Part shown: positions 1-9,684 of the stretch, piece after piece
Position numbering within the stretch: position 1 is the stretch's first letter
Layout: every line of letters begins with the position of its first letter
NCBI GenBank assembly: GCA_963793865.1
Contig: CAWCBP010000012.1
Span: forward strand, 104,986-168,985
Length of the DNA stretch: 64,000 bases
Reading direction: 5' to 3'
DNA from: an uncultured delta proteobacterium
GTDB taxonomy: Bacteria; Desulfobacterota; WTBG01
Program-made: the position numbers and the translations under genes
The notes under the pieces: generated by a model
Seen by the model: only the letters and a program-made list of their open reading frames with translations
Databases searched by the model: none
Told to the model about the DNA's origin: nothing

Positions 1-689
1 TCCCTCCTCGTCAAAATCAGAGCGCGCCAGCACCAGTACCACGTCGGCGTTGCCGTTGGTGATGAACCGCTTCACGCCGCGTGAGCCGCCAGGTGCCATT
101 CTCATCCTGGACGGCCTTGAGCTTCACGTTCTGCAAATCGCTTCCCGCCTCGGCCTCGGTGAGGGCCATGGCGCCGGTCACCTCTCCCCGGCAGAAGAGG
201 GGCAGGTACTTGTTTTTCAGCTCCTCGTCGGCAAAGGCATGGATGATTTCAGCGACACCCTGGAGCCCGAACAGGTTTTGCAGGCTGGCGTCGGCGCGGG
301 CGACGATTTCCTGGGCCATGGTGAAGATGATCGCGGGAAAGTTGAGGCCGCCGTAGCGCCGGGGCAGGGTCATGCCCATCAGGTCCGCTTTGGCGAAGGC
401 CGTCAAGTGAATCGCCGGTACCGGGCGCGTAGGTAACACTATGTCCATCAAAGGAAGACCCGGCAAGGTCGACCCCTTCGCCGCGGGGGGCGCTCCGCTC
501 CGCCGCGATTTCACCCAGCACCGAGAGCACCCGCCGGTAGCTGTCCACCGCATCGGCTGCGTCCGCCGGGGCATAATCATAGCGCGAGGCGTCGATGAAA
601 CCCGGTTCATAGAGATTCACGATCTTCGGCCAGTCGAAGTGACTGAAAAAAAACTGGATGTCCGCGTTGTCCTGGAAGAAGTTTTTCAC
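1..689 (-). CDS. Acyl-CoA dehydrogenase, runs off the window; frameshifts near ~400 and ~82
   Basis: ORF 249..689 (MKNFFQDN..YRRVL) continues in the frame of ORF 17..610 (LPRRYGGL, GAMALTEAEAGSDL), then in a third frame (GVKRFITNG); directly downstream of etfA. Confidence 0.88.
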
Positions 690-1714
690 CGTGTGCCCCC
701 GCCGCTTTTTGATTTGTAAGCCCTGATCATTTTGGGAAGCACCTCTTTAAGGTCGCCCACGATGCCGTAGTGGGCGACGCTGAAGATGGGGGCCTCGGGA
801 TCGGTGTTGACGGCAACTATTTTCCGCGCCTCCGACATGCCGGCGCGATGCTGGACAGCCCCGGAAATGCCGCAAGCGATATAGAGGCGGGGGCGGACGG
901 TTGTTCCCGTCTGGCCCACCTGGTGGTCGCGATGAATGAAGCCGGCATCGACTGCCGCCCGGGTTGCCCCCACCGACGCGCCCAGGCAGGAAGCCAGGCT
1001 GAAGATGAGCTTGAAGTTTTCCGCGTTGCCCACACCGGCGCCGCCGGCCACAATGACGCTGGAGGATTTCAGATTGACGGTCTTTTCCACCCGGGTGCGC
1101 TCCAGGATGGTAACCGCACCGTCCCGCGTGTCCGGGGTGTGTTCGATGTTCACCACCTCTCCCGACCGCTGCGCATCAGTCGTCAGCACCCGCATCACCC
1201 CTTCCCTGACGGTTGCCATCTGGGGCCGGGTGCGAGGGTTGACAATGGTGGCGATGATGTTGCCCCCGAAGGCGGGGCGGATCTGCATCAGGATGTTTTT
1301 ATAGCGCTCCTTGCTTACCGGGTCGGTGTACTGATCGATGGCCAGATCGGTGCAGTCGGCGGTGATGCCCACCTTGAGCTGGGAGGCCACGCGCGGGGCG
1401 AGGTCGCGGCCCAGGGCGGTCGCGCCCAGGATAAAGACCGCCGGTTCGAAGCGGTTGACCAGGTCAACCAGCGTGCGGGTATAGGGAAGGGTGGTGTAGG
1501 CATCAAGCTCCGGGTGCTGCGCCAGGTAGACGGTGTCTGCTCCGTGGGCGATGAGGGAAGGCGCGAGCTCGGCTACCCGGTTTCCCAGCAGCACCGCGGC
1601 CAGGCCGACATTAAGCTTGTCAGCAAGTTCCCTGCCCTTGCCCAGCAGCTCAAGGGTTATCTCTGCTATGCTGTTCTGTTCCCGCTGGGCAAAAACCCAG
1701 ACTTCGTTTTTCAT
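686..1714 (-). CDS. etfA: Electron transfer flavoprotein alpha subunit
   Basis: GRDLAPRVA, TADCT, RPAFGGN, QVGQTGTTV, GISGAVQH, NTDPEAPIF motifs. Confidence 0.95.
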   Translation of the reverse strand: MKNEVWVFAQREQNSIAEITLELLGKGRELADKLNVGLAAVLLGNRVAELAPSLIAHGADTVYLAQHPELDAYTTLPYTRTLVDLVNRFEPAVFILGATALGRDLAPRVASQLKVGITADCTDLAIDQYTDPVSKERYKNILMQIRPAFGGNIIATIVNPRTRPQMATVREGVMRVLTTDAQRSGEVVNIEHTPDTRDGAVTILERTRVEKTVNLKSSSVIVAGGAGVGNAENFKLIFSLASCLGASVGATRAAVDAGFIHRDHQVGQTGTTVRPRLYIACGISGAVQHRAGMSEARKIVAVNTDPEAPIFSVAHYGIVGDLKEVLPKMIRAYKSKSGGGTR

Positions 1715-1770
1715 TGACCTTTGTCATGGATAAATGTTTGTTTGCGCCAACCCTCGCTGGTGCGCACATT

Positions 1771-1852
1771 AATTCGCGGCTAAAGCCGCTCCTACTGATT
1801 AATCAATCTTCAATTCTGGGTTTGTCATCCTGCGACTTGATCGCAGGATCCA
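1771..1852. repeat. Cluster of REP-like palindromes between etfB and etfA
   Basis: GCGGCTAAAGCCGCTCCTAC (related to 3411..3469) and GTCATCCTGCGACTTGATCGCAGGATCCA (1824..1852, identical at 61693..61721). Confidence 0.75.
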
Positions 1853-1899
1853 CATATATCTGGAGGGACGCGCTCCGTCGCGTCCGCTTATTATCTCCT

Positions 1900-2796
1900 T
1901 CAGCCGAAGGTGTGCTCCTCGATCAGCTCCTGCATGAGCCGCTGCACTCCCTCATCGGTGGGCGGGTATGACTTGTGCTCGCCCCCGGTTAAAACCACCC
2001 GCTCTATCTTCTTGACCCAGGTCGGTGACCCTGCGCGGCCGCAGCGGGCGGGGTCGATGGCCAGATCATCTCCAGTCCATTCCTCAATCAGCAAACCTTT
2101 TTCCTTCAGGGACTGACAGTGCGATTCAATCTCCTGTTCGGATGCGCCTTCGGCCTGCAGCTTGTTTTTCAATTCGCCCGGGGTGAGCGCCTTTTTAAAG
2201 CGCATCAGCCTTTTTGCTGCGGGCGGCCTCGGCTCATTGCTGTCAGGCATGACGGTGATAAGAAGCGGCAGGGTTGACCGCACCCTCTCATAGCCCTCGT
2301 CAGAGAAGCGCTTTGCCTCAAGGGTTCCGTCCCGGAGGCTGTATATTTCTTCCGCGTAGGTGATTTGCGGTATGCCCAGTTTTTCCGCCACCTGCGGTCC
2401 CACCTGGGCGGTATTGCCGTCACTTGCCTCCCTGCCGCAGAAAATAAGATCAAAGGTTTTAATCTTGTTGATGGCGGCGCTCAAGGTGTAGGAAGTGGCC
2501 AGTGTGTCCGCCGCTGCAAAACGCCTGTCAGTCAAAAGGATCGCCCTGTCTGCCCCGCGGTAGAGTGATTCCCGCAGGATTTCGGCTGCCGCGGAAGGGC
2601 CCATGGTGATGACCGTAACCGTGCCGCCGTAGTTCTCCTTGATGGCGAGGGCCATTTCCAGCGCGTGCAGATCGTCCTTGTTGAAGACGGCGGGGAGGGC
2701 GGAGCGGTTGAGTGTCCCGTCCTCTTTCATGGCCTTAGGCGAGATCTCGGTGGTGTCAGGAACCTGCTTTGCGAGTACGATTGAATGATAGGGCAT
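1900..2796 (-). CDS. etfB: Electron transfer flavoprotein beta subunit
   Basis: KQVPDT, ITMGP, ADTLATS, TAQVGPQ, GSPTWV motifs. Confidence 0.95.
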   Translation of the reverse strand: MPYHSIVLAKQVPDTTEISPKAMKEDGTLNRSALPAVFNKDDLHALEMALAIKENYGGTVTVITMGPSAAAEILRESLYRGADRAILLTDRRFAAADTLATSYTLSAAINKIKTFDLIFCGREASDGNTAQVGPQVAEKLGIPQITYAEEIYSLRDGTLEAKRFSDEGYERVRSTLPLLITVMPDSNEPRPPAAKRLMRFKKALTPGELKNKLQAEGASEQEIESHCQSLKEKGLLIEEWTGDDLAIDPARCGRAGSPTWVKKIERVVLTGGEHKSYPPTDEGVQRLMQELIEEHTFG

Positions 2797-2817
2797 TTTT
2801 ACCTAACAGAAAAAAAT

Positions 2818-2920
2818 GGCAAATTTCAAAGCCAAAGTTCAAATGAAGAAAGGCTAAAGTTCAAAGTCCAAAAATCCGCTTTCATTTGTTTGGAATTTGG
2901 ATTTTGACATTTGAGCTTGT
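2818..2920. repeat. Imperfect inverted ~7-nt repeat tract upstream of etfB
   Basis: CAAA-containing units (ttcaaagccaaagttcaaatg) mirrored by TTTG units (catttgtttggaatttggattttgacatttg). Confidence 0.6.
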
Positions 2921-3221
2921 TCATCATGCACTTACATGTATTTTTATATAGAACTGACCGCGCTAAGTCAAGTTTCGAATTCCAGCTGCTGTAAAGCTGT
3001 GAATACAACAGGAGATTCCACGGTGCGCATTGACGGACGATTATAAAAACAGTCATTGAGAGCGTTATCCGTGCGGCAATCTCAATGATTGATGCACGTC
3101 GTTCACAATGACTATTTGTTTTCTAAATCAAAACCCTTTTTCTCCAATTAATGTCATATAAAAGCAACGTAAGCGACTGAGACATCTTGATCATTCAATT
3201 TATATCTTATTCATTTGAATC

Positions 3222-3237
3222 AGCAAGAAATATGCCC
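3222..3237 (-). promoter_or_regulatory. Candidate sigma54 -24/-12 promoter for the etf operon, with IHF-like site at 3287..3299
   Basis: Minus strand GGGCATATTTCTTGCT (GG-N10-GC); TATCAATGGTTTG fits WATCAANNNNTTR; ~425 bp from the etfB start and overlaps an inverted repeat. Confidence 0.45.
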
Positions 3238-3410
3238 GGCTCGTTAACGGGCCGGGCATTGGCGCACAGATTAATAAATGATTTATTATCAATGGTTTGG
3301 CAATTTACTTTTTTTAATTATAATTCTAATACCCCGCACGGTAAGTGGCTGGATCGAGCCATCATCATTTCCTATTGGCTCTAATCATGCTAATGGAAAG
3401 GTGGGAGCCA

Positions 3411-3469
3411 CGGTAGGAGCAGCTTTAGCTGCGATTAATTATATTCGCGACCGGAGGTCGCTCCTACCG
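3411..3469. repeat. GTAG-flanked REP-like doublet
   Basis: CGGTAGGAGC...GCTCCTACCG ends enclosing two small hairpins. Confidence 0.75.
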
Positions 3470-4693
3470 ATTGCCTGACGAACCGATGAGAGAATCCAGT
3501 AAAACCCGCAGCTTATTTTTAAATTCTTCATCGTTTTCCAGGGTCTGAGCGAGCATCGGGCTCAGGCGGGAATAGAGATCAATCAGTTGGCGGCCCTCCG
3601 GTGTTGTGTTCAATACTTCATCCCGAAACAAGCGCAAAGCTTCCGTTTCAGGGGCCTGGTCGCCATACAGTATGACTACGGGACAGCCGGGAACGGTTGT
3701 CGTGGTTGTTGAAACAGGCGCGTATTTCTTGATGCAGTCGTTAGCGGCGTCAGCCACATAGATATTACCCTGATTGTCAATTGCCAGTCCATACGGGGAA
3801 GGCTGCGCTCCAAACCCGCCCTTTCCTTCGAGGACGATGGTGGTAATGAGTGTGCCGTCTTGATCAATTTTCTTGATGCTGTGATGCAGTGCGTCGGAAA
3901 CATATATGTTTCCGACCCCGTCCAGCGCAATGCCGGTCGTGGTGCAGAAGATATCGTCTGCGGTGCATGGTTGGATTTGATCAACCAAGTCTCCGCCGGC
4001 TTGAAAAATCTGTATCGGACCAATGATGGTTGCCGGTACGTAGAGATTATTCGCCGAATCTGTTGCCATCTCCAGGGCATCGAACCAGATGAACGGCCAC
4101 TGGTCTATCAATATCCCCTCAGCGGTAAATTTTTGGATGCAGGTATAGTAGCGATCGGGCGGGGTAAGGGCCGCATGGTGCACGTAGATGCCGCCTTCTC
4201 CGTCCACTGCCAGCGCTCGAGGGGTGGAGTAAAGCCACCACCCGTCCGGCCTTGTGCTCCAGGCTGCAAGAAATTCTCCATCCGGAGTAAATTTTTGAAT
4301 GCGGTCGTTCAGAAAATCTGCCACGTACACATTGTCTTCCCCGTCCACGTCAATGCCCTGGGGGGCTATGAATTGGCCTTCCTCACTACCGTATCTCCCC
4401 CACCCGGTAAGGAATGTGCCATCCGGAGTAAATTTTTGAATTCGGTGATTCGACGGATCCGATACGAAAAGATTGCTATCGCCGTCTATGGCAATTCCGT
4501 GGGGCTCAAGAAACTGTCCGTCTTCGGTGCCTGAACCGCCCCACTCAGCAACAAGTTCATAGTCTTGGGAGGCAGAGAAATGAGTTCCGCACAGCAAAAG
4601 TGAAGAACAAAAAACTGAAAAAATGGCGGATAGCTCAGATTCCCCATGATGATCCTCCTTCATATGACACATTGAAATATCATTGAATTCCAA
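3464..4693 (-). CDS. Exported NHL-repeat beta-propeller protein with Thr linker and CFI-box-like C-terminal domain
   Basis: Repeated GQF..P.GIA.D..N.YV.D..N.RIQKF; TTTTTVPGCP..LRLFRDEVL..GRQLIDLY tail; true start may be the SD-preceded ATG at 4647 with a frameshift. Confidence 0.85.
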   Translation of the reverse strand: MEFNDISMCHMKEDHHGESELSAIFSVFCSSLLLCGTHFSASQDYELVAEWGGSGTEDGQFLEPHGIAIDGDSNLFVSDPSNHRIQKFTPDGTFLTGWGRYGSEEGQFIAPQGIDVDGEDNVYVADFLNDRIQKFTPDGEFLAAWSTRPDGWWLYSTPRALAVDGEGGIYVHHAALTPPDRYYTCIQKFTAEGILIDQWPFIWFDALEMATDSANNLYVPATIIGPIQIFQAGGDLVDQIQPCTADDIFCTTTGIALDGVGNIYVSDALHHSIKKIDQDGTLITTIVLEGKGGFGAQPSPYGLAIDNQGNIYVADAANDCIKKYAPVSTTTTTVPGCPVVILYGDQAPETEALRLFRDEVLNTTPEGRQLIDLYSRLSPMLAQTLENDEEFKNKLRVLLDSLIGSSGNR

Positions 4694-4757
4694 ATTTTAC
4701 GGGAATGACATCTTTAGTTCTGTATTTTTTCCTCTTTGTGGGTGGCATCATTCATAT

Positions 4758-4785
4758 GTAGGGGCGACCGGCCGGTCGCCCCTAC
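4758..4785. repeat. REP palindrome GTAGGGGCGACCGGCCGGTCGCCCCTAC, copy 1 of 4
   Basis: Perfect 28-bp palindrome with GTAG ends. Confidence 0.9.
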
Positions 4786-4880
4786 GGAACTGATTTTCGT
4801 GTTACGTGGTGAAATCTTTTCGTATTGCGTGAAAGGTGTGACAACCGGTGTTGCATATTTCCTCCCCCGGCACTTCACTC

Positions 4881-6368
4881 TTAATCATGCCCCGCTGTCC
4901 CCACAACACGGGCGCGAACGGCCAGATCGTAGGGCATCGTTGTTCCGCGTCCGATCGCCTGCCATGCTTTGCCGTCTTCGCTCACATAACAGCGTTCATT
5001 TTCGGGAGGACCCGTCACATCAACGGGGATGGGGTAACAATATCCCGGTGTGGTCAGCCGTATGGCAACAACAAAGTCATCGCCGACCCTTAGCGGGAGA
5101 GGGCGCAATAGCTTGATAGAGTAGTAGCCCAGCTCATCGCACCTTCCCCTCTTGACGCAGCGCAGGTTTCGCATTGAATTCCCCTGCATCCGATCGTACA
5201 CCCTGATTTCGTACATCGCATTCACGCTGGTTGTCCAGAAGTCAACCGCCCGCAAAACCCCTGCCGTTTCGGGGATGAAAACTGCTGCGCACCAGGCTGT
5301 AGGCCTTCCCGCGCCGATGGAATTAACGCCGTCGCAGGACCCTCCCGCGTCGAGGCAGAAAAAACCTCCTTCGTCGTAGCAGAGGATGGATTCGTCAGGG
5401 TCGGAATCTTTGTATGAGGAGATAAAACTGGACATGGTTCCTATTTTGGCTGCGCCGTAGGCGATGTGGCAGTAACCATTCATCCCCCAGTCATCACCCC
5501 AGCTGTTCTTGACGATCCAGGCGCCTGCAGGTCCCAGGTTATCATCCCAGCCGACAATGAGAACGGAGTGGTTTGCCATGAGGGAATCATAATATTCATA
5601 GACCCCTCCCGTATATGCCCGGAAAGCGGGATCGGATGCATCCATCGAGGACGTGACCGGCCCATGCCTGTAGAGAGCTGCCTTGATGGCCTCAACCAGG
5701 TTGGGAAGCACCCTCCAGCCATCCACATTTTTAATTATTTCGCAGCGGTGGTCGCACGGAACTCCGTCAACGGCCAGAAAAGGTTGGCATGATTCGAGGG
5801 AAGCGCCCCGCCGGGTCAAATAATTGATCGCCCTGAAGGCACTCCCGCCGGTAGAGCAGCTCCGGGCTTTCCCGGCAGAGGCAATGAAGTCACATGAGGC
5901 CAGCCCCTGTTCCGAAAGATCGTATGCTACGCCCTCGCGCAGCAGAATTTTTGATTCAAGCTCTGCCGCCGCGGTGAAGGCCCAGCACAGCTGGCAGGGA
6001 TATTGATCTTTTACCGGTGTTATTTTGTCTTCATCCCGCCAGTCAAAGTATGAAGGGAGATGCCGCACGGGGTAAGGCCTTTTGAGCCGGCGTTCTTCAA
6101 TGCTGCAGGGGATGGAGCCGGGCAGATTAGCGCTTTGACCAGGGGGCAGGTTATACATCCGGGTCTCGTCCACGGTAAAATTAAAACCCTGCTGCCGTAT
6201 GCGATTTCTTATCTCCTCAATCGAGGGAAGAGGCTTATAGTCTGACCCTGCCATACTATCCTCAACAGTTTGCCGGAGCGGGCTGGATAGGTTCCAGCCG
6301 CATGCAGTCTTGAAGGAAATGCCCAGTGATAGTAAACAGGTACAGAAAATGAAAAAAGGCTTGTTCAT
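4881..6368 (-). CDS. Secreted papain-family (C1A) cysteine protease with C-terminal lectin-like domain
   Basis: FDWR, DQYPCQLCWAF (catalytic Cys), NHSVLIVGWDD (His), WIVKNSWG (Asn); signal-peptide-like start MNKPFFIF. Confidence 0.9.
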   Translation of the reverse strand: MNKPFFIFCTCLLSLGISFKTACGWNLSSPLRQTVEDSMAGSDYKPLPSIEEIRNRIRQQGFNFTVDETRMYNLPPGQSANLPGSIPCSIEERRLKRPYPVRHLPSYFDWRDEDKITPVKDQYPCQLCWAFTAAAELESKILLREGVAYDLSEQGLASCDFIASAGKARSCSTGGSAFRAINYLTRRGASLESCQPFLAVDGVPCDHRCEIIKNVDGWRVLPNLVEAIKAALYRHGPVTSSMDASDPAFRAYTGGVYEYYDSLMANHSVLIVGWDDNLGPAGAWIVKNSWGDDWGMNGYCHIAYGAAKIGTMSSFISSYKDSDPDESILCYDEGGFFCLDAGGSCDGVNSIGAGRPTAWCAAVFIPETAGVLRAVDFWTTSVNAMYEIRVYDRMQGNSMRNLRCVKRGRCDELGYYSIKLLRPLPLRVGDDFVVAIRLTTPGYCYPIPVDVTGPPENERCYVSEDGKAWQAIGRGTTMPYDLAVRARVVGTAGHD

Positions 6369-6598
6369 GGGAATGTACCCCCGGGATAGATTCATGTCAC
6401 TGTTCCGGAGATGAACGGGTTGCTTCCCGATTGTGGGCCGGCATGTCCGTATTACCATCCACGCCTCAGTGAGACAGCTGCTGAAGAAAACCATCTCAGG
6501 TAAACAAGAAAGGGTTACTGCACCTGGGTGAGGAGGTAATGGCGGAAGGCATGGATCAATACAGGATATGCCGGCCCCATTGACAAAATCCATGTGTA

Positions 6599-6994
6599 TC
6601 AATTACAAATGCCGTCATTGCACGTATTGTAACAGAGCACCAGGTCGATGTAGTACATCATCCATGCCAGTCCCAGGCAGGGCACAACCTCTTCTCCGCC
6701 CAGCACGCACATCACTGCTGTCGCAAACCATGCAACCAGAGCAATTTCATCACAGCCGATGCCTTTTGGCTGCCCCGCGTTGTACCATGCCCACCAGTCA
6801 TTGGCTTTTACTCCGGATGTGCCGTATCTGTAAAAGGCGCTGAAATTGTCCGTGCAGCATTTTGTGCAATCGCATGCGGCATTACAATTCTTGTCACTGG
6901 GCAGCCCCGGCAGTATGGCGGCCGAAGCGGTTTGCGCCACGCATGTCCAGGCCACCAGTAAAGCTATCATTGCGGCGATAGTTCGAATCTTCAT
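6599..6994 (-). CDS. Small exported cysteine-rich protein (131 aa), function unknown
   Basis: Strong SD AAGGAGGTGA; signal peptide MKIRTIAA..ASA; 11 Cys after the signal; no His. Confidence 0.75.
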   Translation of the reverse strand: MKIRTIAAMIALLVAWTCVAQTASAAILPGLPSDKNCNAACDCTKCCTDNFSAFYRYGTSGVKANDWWAWYNAGQPKGIGCDEIALVAWFATAVMCVLGGEEVVPCLGLAWMMYYIDLVLCYNTCNDGICN

Positions 6995-7085
6995 TTCACT
7001 CACCTCCTTTCTTCTCAATGGTAATTTTGTCCTTCTTTTTTCCGTCACCTCCTTGCATGTCACCGCCTGTGCTCCTTCCTTGCGC

Positions 7086-8264
7086 TCATGGCATATCTTC
7101 TGCCAGTGGCGTCTGCCCGTTTTCTATAGCCGTAATCACTTCTTCCAGATACGTGAGGGAAGGGGTCCCTGACAGATAGAATCCATTAATGATTATGCCG
7201 GGGGTGCTGTTGATGCCCGCCAGGGCAGCCTCGGTCACATCCTTTTCCACCTCTTCCCTCCTACTGTCATCCTCCAGACACCGGTCAAACCGTACGGTTT
7301 CGAGGCCCGCCTGCCGGGCATATCTGCGCAGGCTTGCGACGTCCAGTTCCTGCTGATTGTCAAAAAGCAGATCATGATAATCCCAGTAGCGGTCCTGATC
7401 GTCGGCACATGCCGCTGCCAGCGCGGCCATGGGGGCGTCAGGGTGGGAAGGGAGCGGAAAGTCCCTGGCAACGATTCGTATGGCCCCTTTCTTTGTAACC
7501 AGCAGTTCTTTCAGTGTTGCGCTTGCCTTTTTGCAGGAGGGACACTGAAAATCAATGAAGGACTGAATGGTGATGGGGGCATCTCTGCGGCCAAGCCAGG
7601 GACCATCATCAGGCGTGAGGTCAAGGCGGAGAAGCGGTGGACGTTTGAGGAGAATTTCAATTCTCGATTGGTCCCGCAGTCCCCGGACAAAGGCTTCCCG
7701 TGCCTCGTTGACAGAAGCGGCCTTTTTCATTTCAACCACCTTGCTTTTAATGGCCTCTATAAACGGAGTGCCGGCACTGCCTGCCGGAAGAGAGATCCCC
7801 TCCGCGGCGTCCGGTGCTTGCATCACCGCAGTCCTTTTGGAAAACGATGGGAAATCATGCTGCATCTTTTTGACAAACTCCTGAAAGAGGGCTTCTTTAT
7901 CAGATTCAAATGCTTGTGCCTTTTCTTCCGCCTGCGCAGTGACCATGGCGATAAGTTCATCAGCCTTCATGTTTCTTTTCGCCGCCTCCTGTTCCAGAAG
8001 CTTTTGGTCAATGTGCTGCTGAAGGACCGCCTTCTGCTCCCGGTAGAGACGAACCTCCATCGCCTGCAGCTCAACATTGTATCGCTGCGCCGGGTCATAA
8101 CCGAGTTCATGCAGGCGAATTGCCGTTCCATCAATTCGTGCAATCACCCTGTCTCGTGCTTCCGCATCATCCAGGGCAGTTTGCTTGTCACCTGCAATAG
8201 AGGTGAATGCTGTACCAAGCAAGGCACAGTGGACAACCACTACAAGCGCCGGCATTTTTCTCAT
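7086..8264 (-). CDS. DsbA/thioredoxin-fold oxidoreductase with SurA-N-like helical N-terminus
   Basis: FIDFQCPSC, RDFPL..H, YWDYHDLLF, GINSTP; N-terminal signal. Confidence 0.88.
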   Translation of the reverse strand: MRKMPALVVVVHCALLGTAFTSIAGDKQTALDDAEARDRVIARIDGTAIRLHELGYDPAQRYNVELQAMEVRLYREQKAVLQQHIDQKLLEQEAAKRNMKADELIAMVTAQAEEKAQAFESDKEALFQEFVKKMQHDFPSFSKRTAVMQAPDAAEGISLPAGSAGTPFIEAIKSKVVEMKKAASVNEAREAFVRGLRDQSRIEILLKRPPLLRLDLTPDDGPWLGRRDAPITIQSFIDFQCPSCKKASATLKELLVTKKGAIRIVARDFPLPSHPDAPMAALAAACADDQDRYWDYHDLLFDNQQELDVASLRRYARQAGLETVRFDRCLEDDSRREEVEKDVTEAALAGINSTPGIIINGFYLSGTPSLTYLEEVITAIENGQTPLAEDMP

Positions 8265-8353
8265 GGCATTTCCTTTTTTCGTGGGTTTTTTTTCGTCCGG
8301 AGTCTGGCCCGGCACGCGCTCTCCGCATGCCGCTTTCTTATCCGGAGCATTTA

Positions 8354-9649
8354 TTAACCGGGTTGAGGGAGGTTGTGTTTCATAAGGTTTCTAAAAACAA
8401 GCCTGCATAGGGCGGCAAAGTGATCTTCCATTGCGCGGCAGAACATTTCCTCGGTCAGCGTGTCTGTTTTTGCCCCCTCGAGCAGTGAGTCGAGTTTCTT
8501 TATGAATTCATCGCCATTTAAAAACTGTATGGAAAATCTGTTCATAAGGTATCCGGCAAGATTGCGGGTCCGAACCGTGTCCCACGTGTAACGTTCTTGA
8601 ATAAAAGCTGTTTTCTCTTCCATGTCTTCGCTGTAAGAAACACCGGCGGGATAGGCCGCGTATTCCGGATGCGGCTCCCGGCCGGGTACGGCTGCTGCCT
8701 TGAATTGTTGTATGCGCGCCTCAAGCAGGCGGGTAAAGGCAGATGTGCCTGACTCCATAAAACTCTCCTCCATGACCCGGTAGAAAACGCCCTCGTCTAT
8801 GTGCGTTCCCCCCGCCCGCGCCAACCGCTGCTCGAGACGTTCCGCGAAATCGTCAATCAAGTGTTGCGAAGGAAGCTTGTTGACAAGCGCCCAGGCACGT
8901 TTTTCGGCCTGCTGATCCTTCCATGCATAGTGCTTCTTCAGCTGCGCGATTTTCTTCTCCACCGTTTCCTCCCGCGGGCAGGTTTTTGTTCCTGAAGCGC
9001 TGCTGCCCGTCCAAAATGCGTAGCAGGTATAATCAGGCAGAACATGGATTGCCTGTAGCGTTTCCATGGTTGCCCAGAAAAATATGAAAGAGGGGAGCAT
9101 ACATGCCAGCCGGGCGTTATTGCTGCCTGCCCGGAAGGTTTTATAAAGCATGAGGAGCGCGATGAGTAAAAAGACCAGACCTGTTCCCGCGGTGACGACC
9201 GTACGAAGGGTGGGAATATAATCCTGCAGCACTTTTCCCCCATTGATCAGGAAGGCATGAAGCAGCCAGACACATCCGAAATGGCCGAGCGCGAAGCGCA
9301 TGCCGATTGGCAGCGCCCTTTTGTAAATAATACAGGAAATGAGAAGAATGCAGGGAATGAGCATGACAGCGGCATCAGGTGTAACCAGCGATAATATTTG
9401 CTCGTGCTCCAGAAGTTCGCCGAAGAAGCACCAGAGGAAGAAGCCGGCTACAATTCCCCAGACTGCCTCCTTTTTCTTTTCAGCGCCTCCTGAGGCCTTC
9501 CAGAGGGTGACGACCACCGAGATGAATAATATTGCCGCCAGGGCGGTCGTTGCCGAAAGGCCCATCCCGTAGGCCATGGACATGCAGAAATGGCCGAGAA
9601 AATAGATGCCATAGAAGAGGGTGAAGTACGCGAGAACAAATGGGATCAT
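8354..9649 (-). CDS. Polytopic membrane protein with duplicated C-terminal helical domain
   Basis: About 7 hydrophobic segments, then two related repeats (KKHYAW..FYRVMEE; QERYTW..FCRAMED). Confidence 0.7.
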   Translation of the reverse strand: MIPFVLAYFTLFYGIYFLGHFCMSMAYGMGLSATTALAAILFISVVVTLWKASGGAEKKKEAVWGIVAGFFLWCFFGELLEHEQILSLVTPDAAVMLIPCILLISCIIYKRALPIGMRFALGHFGCVWLLHAFLINGGKVLQDYIPTLRTVVTAGTGLVFLLIALLMLYKTFRAGSNNARLACMLPSFIFFWATMETLQAIHVLPDYTCYAFWTGSSASGTKTCPREETVEKKIAQLKKHYAWKDQQAEKRAWALVNKLPSQHLIDDFAERLEQRLARAGGTHIDEGVFYRVMEESFMESGTSAFTRLLEARIQQFKAAAVPGREPHPEYAAYPAGVSYSEDMEEKTAFIQERYTWDTVRTRNLAGYLMNRFSIQFLNGDEFIKKLDSLLEGAKTDTLTEEMFCRAMEDHFAALCRLVFRNLMKHNLPQPG

Positions 9650-9684
9650 GATTCCTGCCTTCCTTCTTTGTGCATCACGTTTGG

